Origin: Coraliomargaritaceae bacterium
Lineage (GTDB): Bacteria > Verrucomicrobiota > Verrucomicrobiia > Opitutales > Coraliomargaritaceae
Reading direction: 5' to 3'
DNA: 64,000 nucleotides
Assembly: GCA_965656495.1 (NCBI GenBank)
Contig: CBFHKU010000001.1
Span: 50,781 to 114,780 of the forward strand
The notes under the pieces: model-generated
Told to the model about the DNA's origin: nothing
Databases searched by the model: none
The model's input: only the letters and a program-made list of their open reading frames with translations
Position numbers and translations under genes: made by a program
Shown: piece after piece, positions 49,687 to 61,247 of the stretch
How the letters are laid out: each line of letters starts with the position of its first letter
Position numbering within the stretch: position 1 is the stretch's first letter

Positions 49687-50361
49687 ATGCCCAGCTCGAC
49701 GGTCGAGGACTACATTAAACACATCTACGCGCTCGCGGAAGCTTCCGAGAGCGGGGAAGCCCCGATGGGTCGCGTCGCGGAGGCGCTGGGGGTGGTCCCC
49801 GGAACTGCGACCACCATGGTGAAGGCCCTCGCGGAGGCAGGTCTGGCAAGTTATTCCCCGCGCGTCGGCGTGCAACTCACCCCGCAGGGACGCGCCCTCG
49901 CGCTGCACGTCCTGCGCCGCCACCGCCTCATTGAACAATTCCTCGTCGAGGTGCTCGGTTTCGACTGGTCGGAGGTCCATGAAGAGGCGGAATTACTGGA
50001 GCACGTTATTTCCGACCGCCTCCTCGAGCGCATTGATCAACGACTCGGTCACCCCACTGAGGATCCGCACGGGGATCCCATCCCCAGCGCCGAGGGTGAA
50101 TTGCCGCAAGATTCGCTCCAAACCCTTGCGGATTGTGACTTCGGGGTTCCCTACGAAGTGGCGCGGGTTTCCGATCAGGATAATGCCTTCCTCAATTATT
50201 TGACCGAAGTAGGATTGAATCCCGGGGCACGTATTATGGTAACGGCGCGTTCCGCCGGTGCCGATTCCGTGACCCTCGTCGTGGGGGATCCTTCCCGGGA
50301 ACTGACACTCGGGCTCAGCGCCGCCGGAAAACTTTTGGTGCGGGAGGTTACGGAGGTTTGA
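49687..50361 (+). CDS. DtxR/MntR family metal-dependent repressor with FeoA-like domain
   Basis: VEDYIKHIY, RRHRLIEQFL, VHEEAELLEH, DPHGDPIP. Confidence 0.92.
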   Translation: MPSSTVEDYIKHIYALAEASESGEAPMGRVAEALGVVPGTATTMVKALAEAGLASYSPRVGVQLTPQGRALALHVLRRHRLIEQFLVEVLGFDWSEVHEEAELLEHVISDRLLERIDQRLGHPTEDPHGDPIPSAEGELPQDSLQTLADCDFGVPYEVARVSDQDNAFLNYLTEVGLNPGARIMVTARSAGADSVTLVVGDPSRELTLGLSAAGKLLVREVTEV

Positions 50362-50366
50362 GGGGA

Positions 50367-50990
50367 GTTGTTCGTTGAAGGTTGTTAGTTGTTCGTTGGG
50401 ATTACTTCTACTCTTAATCTTATTCTTAATCCTAATCTTACTCTTAATAAGAGGTAATATTCACCACGGAGGCGCGGAGAGCACGGAGATTAAATGGTGG
50501 GAAAGTATGAAGGTTGGGATCAGTCTTAATCATAATCTTGCTCTTAATATCGTGGAAGCGACACTCTTGTCGCTTTGCTTGGGCGGCTTGTGAAGGAACC
50601 ACGAAAAGTAAGAAAAGGGTGTTGGGGTCACTGACTTGTTACCATGGGCCCGGCATAGCCGGGAACCACTAATCTTCACTAATAGACACTAATGGGGAAG
50701 GGGTAATGGTGGGAAAGTGGGAAGGCGTATAGGTGGGAAGGTATGAAAGTGGGAAAGTGGGAAGGTTGGGATCAGTCTTACTCTTATTCTTAATCATAAT
50801 CTTAATCACGTGGAAGCGACAATCCTGTCGCTTTGCTTGTTGCTGGAAAGCGACAGGATTGTCGCTTCCACGGCCGGTGGTTGAAGGTCGAACGTTGAGG
50901 GGGAGTAAGATTAAGATTAGGATTAAGAATAAGATTAAGAGATGGTGGTTCCAACGAACAACGAACAACGTTCAACTAACAACCACTAAC
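50367..50990. repeat. Intergenic mosaic (cluster D) bounded by about 80-bp imperfect inverted ends
   Basis: 50367-50443 is reverse-complementary to 50903-50983 (30-bp perfect core); REP at 50552; perfect inverted REP pair at 50810-50871. Confidence 0.92.
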
Positions 50991-51024
50991 CCCATACTTC
51001 TGTTCCTCTGCTGCTTTGCGTTAC

Positions 51025-51055
51025 AAAAAGGCCGCAGCGGTGAAGCTGCGGCCTT
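51025..51055 (-). terminator. Intrinsic terminator after pnp
   Basis: 11-bp perfect stem AAGGCCGCAGC/GCTGCGGCCTT with T run on the minus strand. Confidence 0.85.
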
Positions 51056-51082
51056 GTGTGAATGGATGGGTTGCGTGGCGGT

Positions 51083-53248
<2,166 letters not shown>

Positions 53249-53374
53249 ACTGTTGTTTTTGTTTTGGTATCAATCCACGGCAGTTTGGGGGTAGGACCCT
53301 CGGTGCCGCGGCCGCCCGAGATAAGGTGGACGGCCTGCGAAAAATTGTTTTTTCAGCGAATGCTCAAAAATGAT

Positions 53375-53406
53375 AAAAGCCGGACCTGCATTGCAGGACC
53401 CGGCTG
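53375..53406 (-). terminator. Probable rpsO terminator
   Basis: Minus strand AGCCGGGTCCTGC-AAT-GCAGGTCCGGCT followed by TTT. Confidence 0.6.
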
Positions 53407-53418
53407 AAAGGGGTGTTT

Positions 53419-53691
53419 TTACCGGCGCAGTTTGAGCTTCTCGAGGATCGCGGAGTAGCGATTGAAGTCGGTGCGCTTGAGGTAGTCGAGGAGTTTGCGA
53501 CGGCGCGCGGTCATGGCGATCAAACCCCGGCGGGAGTGAAAGTCCTTGCGGTGGGTGCGCAAATGCTCGGTTAGGTGTTTGACGCGTGCGGTGAGCAGCG
53601 CGATTTGAACTTCACAGGAACCGGTGTCATTTTCATTTTCACCGAATTCCTTGATGATGGCTTCTTTATTTACAGTTGTATCTTCTGACAT
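53419..53691 (-). CDS. rpsO: 30S ribosomal protein S15
   Basis: [30 protein letters not shown]. Confidence 0.97.
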   Translation of the reverse strand: MSEDTTVNKEAIIKEFGENENDTGSCEVQIALLTARVKHLTEHLRTHRKDFHSRRGLIAMTARRRKLLDYLKRTDFNRYSAILEKLKLRR

Positions 53692-53711
53692 GTTTTTTGG
53701 ATGTGATTTCA

Positions 53712-53824
53712 CAACTTTGGAACCCGAGTTTTCGGGGTCGAACCGGTCGCCCCAAGGCCACCGGAACCGTTGAACCCGCCGCATGGCGGGAAGTTGAGGA
53801 GTGAGCGCTTCGCAACGCGCACTC
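53712..53824 (-). promoter_or_regulatory. Structured rpsO 5' leader (candidate S15 autoregulatory RNA)
   Basis: 5' hairpin GAGTG...CACTC, then a CAACTT/AAGTTG helix enclosing three GC-rich hairpins. Confidence 0.5.
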
Positions 53825-53884
53825 TAACGCTAAGTGGAAGAAAGAAGCGTAAGCGGGGCGAGGGGGCAAGTAAAAAAGGGTTGT

Positions 53885-54014
53885 TTATTTAAACGCAGAG
53901 GATGGGAGGGTAGGTTATATTTAAACACGGAGGATGGGAGGATTTATGTTCAAACACGGAGGATCGGAGGATGGGAGGATTTATGTTCAAACACGGAGGA
54001 TCGGAGGATGGGAG
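53885..54014. repeat. Short tandem repeat, 4 degenerate units
   Basis: TTTATGTTCAAACACGGAGGATCGGAGGATGGGAG twice at 37-bp period (53943, 53980) plus two shorter variants. Confidence 0.88.
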
Positions 54015-54026
54015 AGTGGCTATGTT

Positions 54027-55652
54027 TTAGGGTGAGCGGAGGAGCCAGCGTGCACAGAGAGCTTCGGGTTGATCGGGTGGGCCGTGCTGGGCGGCGATTT
54101 TGAGGAGTTCGCGGGTGGCGGGTGGATCGGCCTGGGCGAGGGGGCTGTGTGCCATGAAGAAGGCGATGGCGGCGATTTGTTGACGGGCGGCGGCGGGGGT
54201 GGGGGCTTTGCCGGCGGCATCGAGGAGGGCTTTGCGGGAGATTTTGCCCTCGCAGTAGCGGGTGAAATCGCTGGGGGCGGCGGTGGTGGGCTGGAGGTTG
54301 AGGAGGTAGGCGAGTTGGTGGGCGGTGGCGGGGGCGGCGGCCCCGGCTGCGGTTTGTTGGGCGAAGTAGTGTTGGAGGGATTGGCGTGCTTCGGGGCGTT
54401 GTTGGGTGGTGAATTGGAGGAGGGCGGTGAGGAGGGTGATTTCGTTTTGTTGGGGGAGTTGTTGGGCGGCGGCTTGAAGTTGGGCGGCGGCGGCGGGGAT
54501 TTGTTCGAGTTGGAGGAGGGTGAGTCCGCGGGCGTAGTGGAGGGCGGGGTTATGGGGGTCGAGTTGGTGGGCTTTTTCGTAGCCGGCAAGGGCGCCGTGG
54601 AGGTCGCGGATTTGCCTTAGGAGTCCGGCGCGAAGGGCGAGGGTGGGTGCCTGATCGGGTTGGAGGCGGAGGGATTGGTTGAAGGCGCTGAGGGCGAGGG
54701 CGGTGGCGTTGTTGAGCCGGTGGGCGCGTCCGAGGAGGTTCCATGCTTCGGTGCTGTTGTTGAGTTGGTTGAGGGTAAGGGCTTCGAGGAGGGTGATGGC
54801 GCGGGTAGCTTCGTCGTGCCGGAGGAGGGCGCGGGCGGCGGTGAGTGCTTCGTTGGTGCTTTCGGGGCGGAAGTCGGTATCGAAGGCTTTGAGGAGATCG
54901 GCGCGGGCTTCAGCGGGGCGGTTGAGGGCGTCGAGGCATTGACTGCGGTAGAAATAAAGGGAGGGGCTGAGGCGGTTGGCGCGGTTGGGTTGGGTTTCAA
55001 GGGCGGCTTCGAATTTTGCGCGGGCGCGGCCGATGCGACCGCGTGCGAAGGCGGTGCGTCCTTCGAGGTAGAGGGCGAGGTCGATGAGGGCGGGTTGTTG
55101 TGCGAGGGCGGGGATGAGTTGTTGGACGGACTGCCAGCGGTTGGCGGCGGCGTAAAGGGCGACGAGGGTGAGGGTGGCTTCGAGGTGGTGGGGGTGTTGA
55201 CTGGTGAGGGATTGGAGTTCGCGGATTGCGGCCTCGGTATCGCCAGAGCGGGCGAGGAGTTTGGCGTGGGCGAGGCGGAGGTCGGTATTAGCGGGGGCAT
55301 TGGGGTGGTTGTTGCTTTGGGCGAGGCTTTGTTGAATGGCTTGCAGGGTGCGATCTTTGGAGTGCTCCGGTTCTTGAAGGCTGGGCTTGAGGAGGATCTC
55401 GGCCTGCAAGGCGAGTGCTTGGGGATGGTGAGCATCGAGGCGAAGGATTTGATCGAGGGCGACTTGGGCAGCGCGGTGGTTTCCGGTGAGGAGGTGACCC
55501 TGTGCGAGTCCGAGGTACATTTGAATGCGGCTTTTTTGGGGTTCGGTATTGGCGGAGGCGGGGACGGGTGAGAGGCTCAAGAGGGTCGCAGCGAGGCATA
55601 AGCGTGCGATGCTTATGGGAGCGAGGCGGTGCCTGAAAGGGAGCGAGGGCAT
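54027..55652 (-). CDS. Secreted tetratricopeptide-repeat protein
   Basis: Signal-like N-terminus ending ASA; TPR units such as EAWNLLGRAH...ALSAFNQSLRLQP and YEKAHQLDP. Confidence 0.78.
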   Translation of the reverse strand: MPSLPFRHRLAPISIARLCLAATLLSLSPVPASANTEPQKSRIQMYLGLAQGHLLTGNHRAAQVALDQILRLDAHHPQALALQAEILLKPSLQEPEHSKDRTLQAIQQSLAQSNNHPNAPANTDLRLAHAKLLARSGDTEAAIRELQSLTSQHPHHLEATLTLVALYAAANRWQSVQQLIPALAQQPALIDLALYLEGRTAFARGRIGRARAKFEAALETQPNRANRLSPSLYFYRSQCLDALNRPAEARADLLKAFDTDFRPESTNEALTAARALLRHDEATRAITLLEALTLNQLNNSTEAWNLLGRAHRLNNATALALSAFNQSLRLQPDQAPTLALRAGLLRQIRDLHGALAGYEKAHQLDPHNPALHYARGLTLLQLEQIPAAAAQLQAAAQQLPQQNEITLLTALLQFTTQQRPEARQSLQHYFAQQTAAGAAAPATAHQLAYLLNLQPTTAAPSDFTRYCEGKISRKALLDAAGKAPTPAAARQQIAAIAFFMAHSPLAQADPPATRELLKIAAQHGPPDQPEALCARWLLRSP

Positions 55653-55780
55653 GATTTCGATGAGTGTGCAGGATTTTTGAGGGTGCTCTAGATAAAAAGA
55701 GGCGATGGGTATGAATCATTTTAGGGCTTGTATTTAAACAAAGTAGTGTATATTTGTTTTGTATATAACTTTAAAACATC

Positions 55781-58700
55781 ATGCGTAAAAAACACAAAAA
55801 GGGAATAATTTGGTTTATTAGTTTTATTTTTTATCAGGCTGTACAGGGGGTACCGGTTGGGCATGCGGACATTGCGCTGACAGTGACAAACACTGCGGTA
55901 GCAATACCGGTATTATTGAATGATGAGGGCAGTTCGGGCGGGGTTTTGGAGTTGGCAGCGATTGAGACGGACCCGCAGCACGGCACGCTTAGCTTTGATA
56001 GTGATGGGGTGGTTTATACGCCGAACGATGGTTTTGAGGGAATCGATCGCTTTAGTTACACTTTGGTGGAGGTGGTGCAAGGGGTGGAGAGTGAGGGTGT
56101 TGCAGTGGCGGTGGAGGTGGCGGTGAATGAGGCCTTGGATGTGGAGGCGACGCGGGATGCTTTGCTGGATGGGGTGAATGGTATCTATAGTGGGGGTTTG
56201 CCGACTCCGATTTATTCCTATGGGCCGAGTTCACTGGTAGTGACGCGTTATGGCGCGGAGTTGGATTCGGGTGCGATGGTGGTGGCTTCGACGTTGGGGG
56301 CAGGCCGGGTGGTAGCGGTTCCGTATGGGATGCCGGATATTGAATGGCACAAGGATAAGGCGGAGAGTGAAGTATTTTTTAAAAATATGCTGAAGTGGTT
56401 GCAGGGTGGGAGTGTGGATAAATCGGTGCGCATAAAAACGCGTATTGGACAGATACGGGATTGGTTAGTGAGGGAAGGGTATACAAATGTTACGCATATC
56501 AATGGAAATTTTACGGCTGCGTTGGTGGAAGATACGGATTTAATTTTAGGGCATATCGGTACTGGGGTTAGTGCGAGTGGGGTGGCTGCAATTGTGGAGG
56601 CGTTGTCGAATGGAATGGGTTTATACGTAGCAGAGTTTGGATTGGGTTATGACTGGTGGTGGAGCCGAGAGTTGTGGGAAGTGCCGATCAATCAAGTTTT
56701 GGAGTATAGTGGGGTGATTTATGCGAAGGATTGGTATAAAGCGGAAAAAATTTATGCGATTGAACGCCCGAGTGAGAATACGGGGTACTTGTCTTTTGAG
56801 TCGCAGTTGGCGGTTGTCGAGGATTCGGCGAGCGCAACGGTTGAGGACAAGGCGCATACGATGGATTGTATGCCGGTGTTGTTGCGTGGGTTGGATTTGA
56901 ATTCATTGATGCGTGCTCGGTTGATCGCTTCGTCAAAAGCGGGTTATCAGAGTTTGATGCCGAGTCGTACGAATCCGATTGATGATGCTTTTGATAAGTT
57001 TTTGCTGGAGATGGAATCGGATGTTTTGCAACGCGAGGGGATCGATGAAATCGAGAAGCATCGGATGGCGGATACGTGGTATGGCGCGGTTCCGGATGAT
57101 GCGGATCGTAGTCATAAAGTGGTGGAGTTGGATTTGGAACGGGCGCGTTGGCGTCCGCTGGGGATGTATGCGCCTCCGGGTGAGGTGGTGACTCTGGAGT
57201 TTCCGGCGGAGTTGGTGGGTCGGGGGTATCGGGTTTTGGTGAGTCCGCATGCGGATGATATAACGCGGCGTGCGGTGTGGTACCGGATTCCGGAGGTGCA
57301 ACGTAGTTATGCGATGGATACAAGCACGCTGGAAGTGGGTTCTGCTTTTGGAGGTAGTTTATTTGTGGATTTGGGTGAAACGATTCCGGGAGGAGGAACG
57401 GTTCAAGTAGGAGTGAGCGGAGCGGTGGAGCAGGCGTATTTTATTTTAGGGAAGCATCGGAATTCGGACTGGAACACGGAATTAAAGCATCGACCTGCGC
57501 CGTATGGGATTATTGAAGGGCCGAGTTTCATATTGCATGATCGGATGGATCTGGATCCGTATGCGAAGGGTAAGGATTTGGTGGATGCGGAACATTTGGC
57601 GGGTTTTTGGAACCGTATGGTGGAGATGGAGGATTGGTTGAATACCAAATTTGAGAATGGGCGGACGTATGCGGAGTTGATGAACCGGGACTACCAAATT
57701 TCGGCGGGGTATGCGCATGCGGGTTATCCGTATCAGGTGGAATGGAATTGGGTGCCGGATCCCTTTGATGTGGAGTTTCTTCGTAAACGGGGTGCGTGGG
57801 GAGACTTCCACGAGGTGGGTCATAATCATCAAGATGGTTGGTGGACGCGAACGATGGAAACAGAGGTGACGGTGAATGTTTTTTCAAATTATATTATGGA
57901 AGCTTTAGTGACGGATTCAACGGAGTGGTCGGTTGTGCCGGCACAAGTCTGGAGTCGAGCGTTGGGGGCCCATGAAGCCGGGGAAAGTTATGAGGCGATG
58001 GATGTGTGGGAGCGTCTCTGTTTTTATCTAATCCTGGCGGACCAATTTGGCTGGGAGGCGTTTCATGAATTTTATGGGAGTTATCGAGCGGACAATAAGG
58101 ATAATCCCGATGCCCTGCCGAGTGGGGATGCGGAGGAGCTGGATCAGGTTTTGACGCGGTTCTCAAGGATTGTTGGGCGCGACATTTCTCCGTTTATGAA
58201 TGATTATGGTATGTTTCCATCAACTGCGGCGAAGGATGCGGTGAGTGATTTAGAGGGATGGAACCCGTTCGATTTATATGTGGTGCCGGATGCCTTGAAT
58301 CCAGAAATTGGGAGTACGATTCAGGTGCATGTGTATGTCCCTGAAGCGACTACAAGCGTAAGTTTAGAAGTGGATGGGGTTCCTGTAGCGCTCAATGCAG
58401 TTTCGTCAAAACACTATAGTTGTGATTTGGTTTGCGATACCTTGGGTGCGGTGATGTTGGAGGCGGTTTTGGATAACGGACTTAAGGAAACGCAAACCGT
58501 GACGGTGGTTGCGGTGGATGTGGATGTGGATGACGATGGGATGACGGATACCTGGGAAGCGGCGCATGATTTGAATACTCTATGGGATGATACCGCGTTG
58601 GATTGGGATAAGGACGGGCTCAGTAATCTTGAGGAATTTATTGCAGGGAGTGATCCGCAAGACTTGGGTTCTTTTTTTAAGACGACCCTTGAAAATATGG

Positions 58701-58894
58701 ACGGAACAACACTCTCGTTGAGTTGCCCAAGCATTGCAGGACGCTCGTATCAATTATACCGCAGTGATGATTTGATAGATTGGGTGCCGTATGGGGCTGC
58801 GCAAAATTCAAACCCCCCAAAGAATAGCTTTGCGATACCGATGGATCCCTCCGAGGGAGATAAGTTTTTTTACCGCATTGAGGTGAGTCAGTGA
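55781..58894 (+). CDS. Secreted M60-family (enhancin-like) metallopeptidase with N-terminal Ig-like domain and C-terminal DxDxDG repeats
   Basis: Signal peptide; VLLND...PQHG...YTPNDGFEGIDRFSY; GMYAPPGE; FHEVGHN plus EVTVN; DVDDDGMTDTWE, DWDKDGLSNLEE. Confidence 0.85.
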   Translation: MRKKHKKGIIWFISFIFYQAVQGVPVGHADIALTVTNTAVAIPVLLNDEGSSGGVLELAAIETDPQHGTLSFDSDGVVYTPNDGFEGIDRFSYTLVEVVQGVESEGVAVAVEVAVNEALDVEATRDALLDGVNGIYSGGLPTPIYSYGPSSLVVTRYGAELDSGAMVVASTLGAGRVVAVPYGMPDIEWHKDKAESEVFFKNMLKWLQGGSVDKSVRIKTRIGQIRDWLVREGYTNVTHINGNFTAALVEDTDLILGHIGTGVSASGVAAIVEALSNGMGLYVAEFGLGYDWWWSRELWEVPINQVLEYSGVIYAKDWYKAEKIYAIERPSENTGYLSFESQLAVVEDSASATVEDKAHTMDCMPVLLRGLDLNSLMRARLIASSKAGYQSLMPSRTNPIDDAFDKFLLEMESDVLQREGIDEIEKHRMADTWYGAVPDDADRSHKVVELDLERARWRPLGMYAPPGEVVTLEFPAELVGRGYRVLVSPHADDITRRAVWYRIPEVQRSYAMDTSTLEVGSAFGGSLFVDLGETIPGGGTVQVGVSGAVEQAYFILGKHRNSDWNTELKHRPAPYGIIEGPSFILHDRMDLDPYAKGKDLVDAEHLAGFWNRMVEMEDWLNTKFENGRTYAELMNRDYQISAGYAHAGYPYQVEWNWVPDPFDVEFLRKRGAWGDFHEVGHNHQDGWWTRTMETEVTVNVFSNYIMEALVTDSTEWSVVPAQVWSRALGAHEAGESYEAMDVWERLCFYLILADQFGWEAFHEFYGSYRADNKDNPDALPSGDAEELDQVLTRFSRIVGRDISPFMNDYGMFPSTAAKDAVSDLEGWNPFDLYVVPDALNPEIGSTIQVHVYVPEATTSVSLEVDGVPVALNAVSSKHYSCDLVCDTLGAVMLEAVLDNGLKETQTVTVVAVDVDVDDDGMTDTWEAAHDLNTLWDDTALDWDKDGLSNLEEFIAGSDPQDLGSFFKTTLENMDGTTLSLSCPSIAGRSYQLYRSDDLIDWVPYGAAQNSNPPKNSFAIPMDPSEGDKFFYRIEVSQ

Positions 58895-58907
58895 GGGTAG
58901 CTTGAAT

Positions 58908-59067
58908 TGCGTTCTCATCCCGCGCCTTCGGGGTAGAGTGTTTTGACTGCGTCAAAAATGGCGGAGAAGGCGGGATTGCTGCGCCCTCTTCAGTCGCGTT
59001 GCTCCTTGCGTCGAACTGCGTTCTCATCCCGCGCCTTCGGGGTAGAGTGTTTTGACTGCGTCAAAAA

Positions 59068-59086
<19 letters not shown>
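58908..59086. repeat. 70-bp exact direct repeat containing the 3' 19 nt of tRNA-Ser
   Basis: 58908-58977 = 59017-59086. Confidence 0.92.
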
Positions 59087-59396
<310 letters not shown>

Positions 59397-59464
59397 AGGC
59401 TTCGCTTGAAGAAGGATTCCTCCTTTCTGCTTTACGCGGGTGCGGGCAGGGCTAGTTTCGGGGC

Positions 59465-60250
59465 ATGTCTGCTACTGTATTTACGATTGCGAATCAAAAA
59501 GGGGGGGTGGGGAAGACCACCACCGCGATCAATTTGTGTTATGCGCTTGCGGAGCGTGGTGTGCGGACGGTGCTGGTGGATCTGGATCCACAGGCGAACG
59601 CCACGAGTGGGCTGGGTCTTGAAAAATATGAAGGGGCGAGTCTTTACGGGCCGCTGTGTGGTGAGGGGACTGCGCTGGAGAAAGTGCAACCGGTCGGTGC
59701 GAGCGGGAATTTGTTTTTGATTCCTTCGGAGGTCGATATGGCGGCGATCGAAATTGAATTGGTGCAACGTGAAAATTATTTGCTGCAGTTGCGGGAAGTG
59801 CTGGCGCCGCTGCGCGCTTCGGGTGATTTCGATGCGGTGGTGCTGGATTGTCCACCGGCTTTGGGGATGCTCTCGATGAACAGCCTCGCGGCGGCGGATT
59901 ATTTGTTGATTGCGTTGCAGTGCGAATACCTCGCGATGGAGGGCTTGGGGCAGATTTTGAAAGTGGTTGAGAAGTTGCGCGATGCCGGGGTGAATGACGG
60001 GATTGAGCTGGGTGGAATCCTGATGACGATGTTTGATCAACGCACCAATCTGGCGCACCAGGTGGTGGGCGAGGTGCGGAACCATTTTGATGAGTTGGTC
60101 TTCCGCAGTATGATTCCACGGTCGATTCGCTTGAGCGAGGCGCCGAGTTTCGGGCAGTCGATTTTTGAATATGACCCGAATTGCAACGGGGCACATGCCT
60201 ACGGTTATTTTGCGGATGAGGTGATCGAGCGGTTTAAACTCCGGGATTAG
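59465..60250 (+). CDS. parA: ParA/Soj family ATPase
   Basis: NQKGGVGKTTT, VDLDPQANAT, LDCPPALG, QCEYLAMEGL, IRLSEAPSFG. Confidence 0.92.
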   Translation: MSATVFTIANQKGGVGKTTTAINLCYALAERGVRTVLVDLDPQANATSGLGLEKYEGASLYGPLCGEGTALEKVQPVGASGNLFLIPSEVDMAAIEIELVQRENYLLQLREVLAPLRASGDFDAVVLDCPPALGMLSMNSLAAADYLLIALQCEYLAMEGLGQILKVVEKLRDAGVNDGIELGGILMTMFDQRTNLAHQVVGEVRNHFDELVFRSMIPRSIRLSEAPSFGQSIFEYDPNCNGAHAYGYFADEVIERFKLRD

Positions 60251-60427
60251 GGGCGCGTTTAATTGGTGATACCGAGGGTATTGGTCGCAAGGCAGGCGGC
60301 AGTGAGGTCTAGGTTTCTGGAATTTATTTGCTTTTTATATGATATGGGTAAATAGTTTACTTTGTAAATATAACCAGAGGAACCAATTATGAATATAAGT
60401 AAAGCGGTGTTAGTGGTGGATTGTGGC

Positions 60428-61006
60428 TTAACACTTAAAGACGAGCTGGTGGTAGGCTGCACCGATGGGGATCGACAGCTTCCCGACAGTTTGGACTATC
60501 CCCTTTTCTCGGGCTTCTTGGGCAGTGAGGAACGAGGCTTCCAGAAAGAGTGCAAGGAGTTCCTTGGTCTCAATCTTACTGCGTTCGGCGATGATATTTG
60601 CGATGAGGGTTTGGTCACTGCGTATGCTTTTTAGAGCCTCGTTCAGGTCTTTTTCCTCAACTCTTCTTCCGGCGGCGACCTGCTGTCCAACGCCATGAAA
60701 CATGAACCTTGAGTGCGGACAGGCGTAGCGGTGATCCCCTGCAAGGTAGATTACGTTTCCAATGGAATCAACATTGCTGGTGTTATAGGTGCTGACGGTG
60801 ATTGGCAGTGCGCGAAGGGTGTTGTAAATGTTGATGCCGCAGGAAACTTGCCCACCCGGACTCGAAATGAGCAAATGAATATGCTTTGTCCCGCGTTGAA
60901 CAAAGTTGCCGATAGTCGATAAGAGACCTTGCGTGGTGTTTGGATTTACATCGGATGAAAATGAAAGATAGACCTCTTCAGGAGTCGCTTGTTTAATTGG
61001 GTTCAT
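60428..61006 (-). CDS. ClpP-like (S14) serine protease
   Basis: IHLLISSPGG, IYNTLR, VDSIG (catalytic Ser), SRFMFH (His), FLTAQEAREKGIV. Confidence 0.82.
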   Translation of the reverse strand: MNPIKQATPEEVYLSFSSDVNPNTTQGLLSTIGNFVQRGTKHIHLLISSPGGQVSCGINIYNTLRALPITVSTYNTSNVDSIGNVIYLAGDHRYACPHSRFMFHGVGQQVAAGRRVEEKDLNEALKSIRSDQTLIANIIAERSKIETKELLALFLEASFLTAQEAREKGIVQTVGKLSIPIGAAYHQLVFKC

Positions 61007-61014
61007 TGATTTAC

Positions 61015-61044
61015 GATATAGGCTATAAGCCTTCTATTTGTCAA
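61015..61044 (-). promoter_or_regulatory. Possible sigma70 promoter for the ClpP-like gene (near-leaderless)
   Basis: TTGACA-18 bp-TATATC ending 8 nt before the ATG. Confidence 0.4.
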
Positions 61045-61247
61045 ATAAACCTTTCGCTTTGGAGAACGCGCAAGCGATTAGTTGACAGTCCTTAAGTGTA
61101 CCTATTGCTTCTTTTTGATGTGGAAGGAACCGGTGAGTTTTGGGGTTTTAGTGCTTAAGAACCATTGTGGTGCATGGTTTGAGACTTACGCTATAAGGGC
61201 GGATGCGGTGATCGAGCGGTTTAAACTCCGGGGCTAGGAGCGCGTTT

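Noticed and set aside
50367..50990. Integron attC sites suggested by CTAAC/GTTAG motifs
   Set aside because: The motifs are parts of tandem 7-mers, and there are no gene cassettes or IntI.
60259..60462. 67-aa ORF inside the islet
   Set aside because: It overlaps the ClpP-like gene end and has no recognisable motif or start signal; it cannot be supported.
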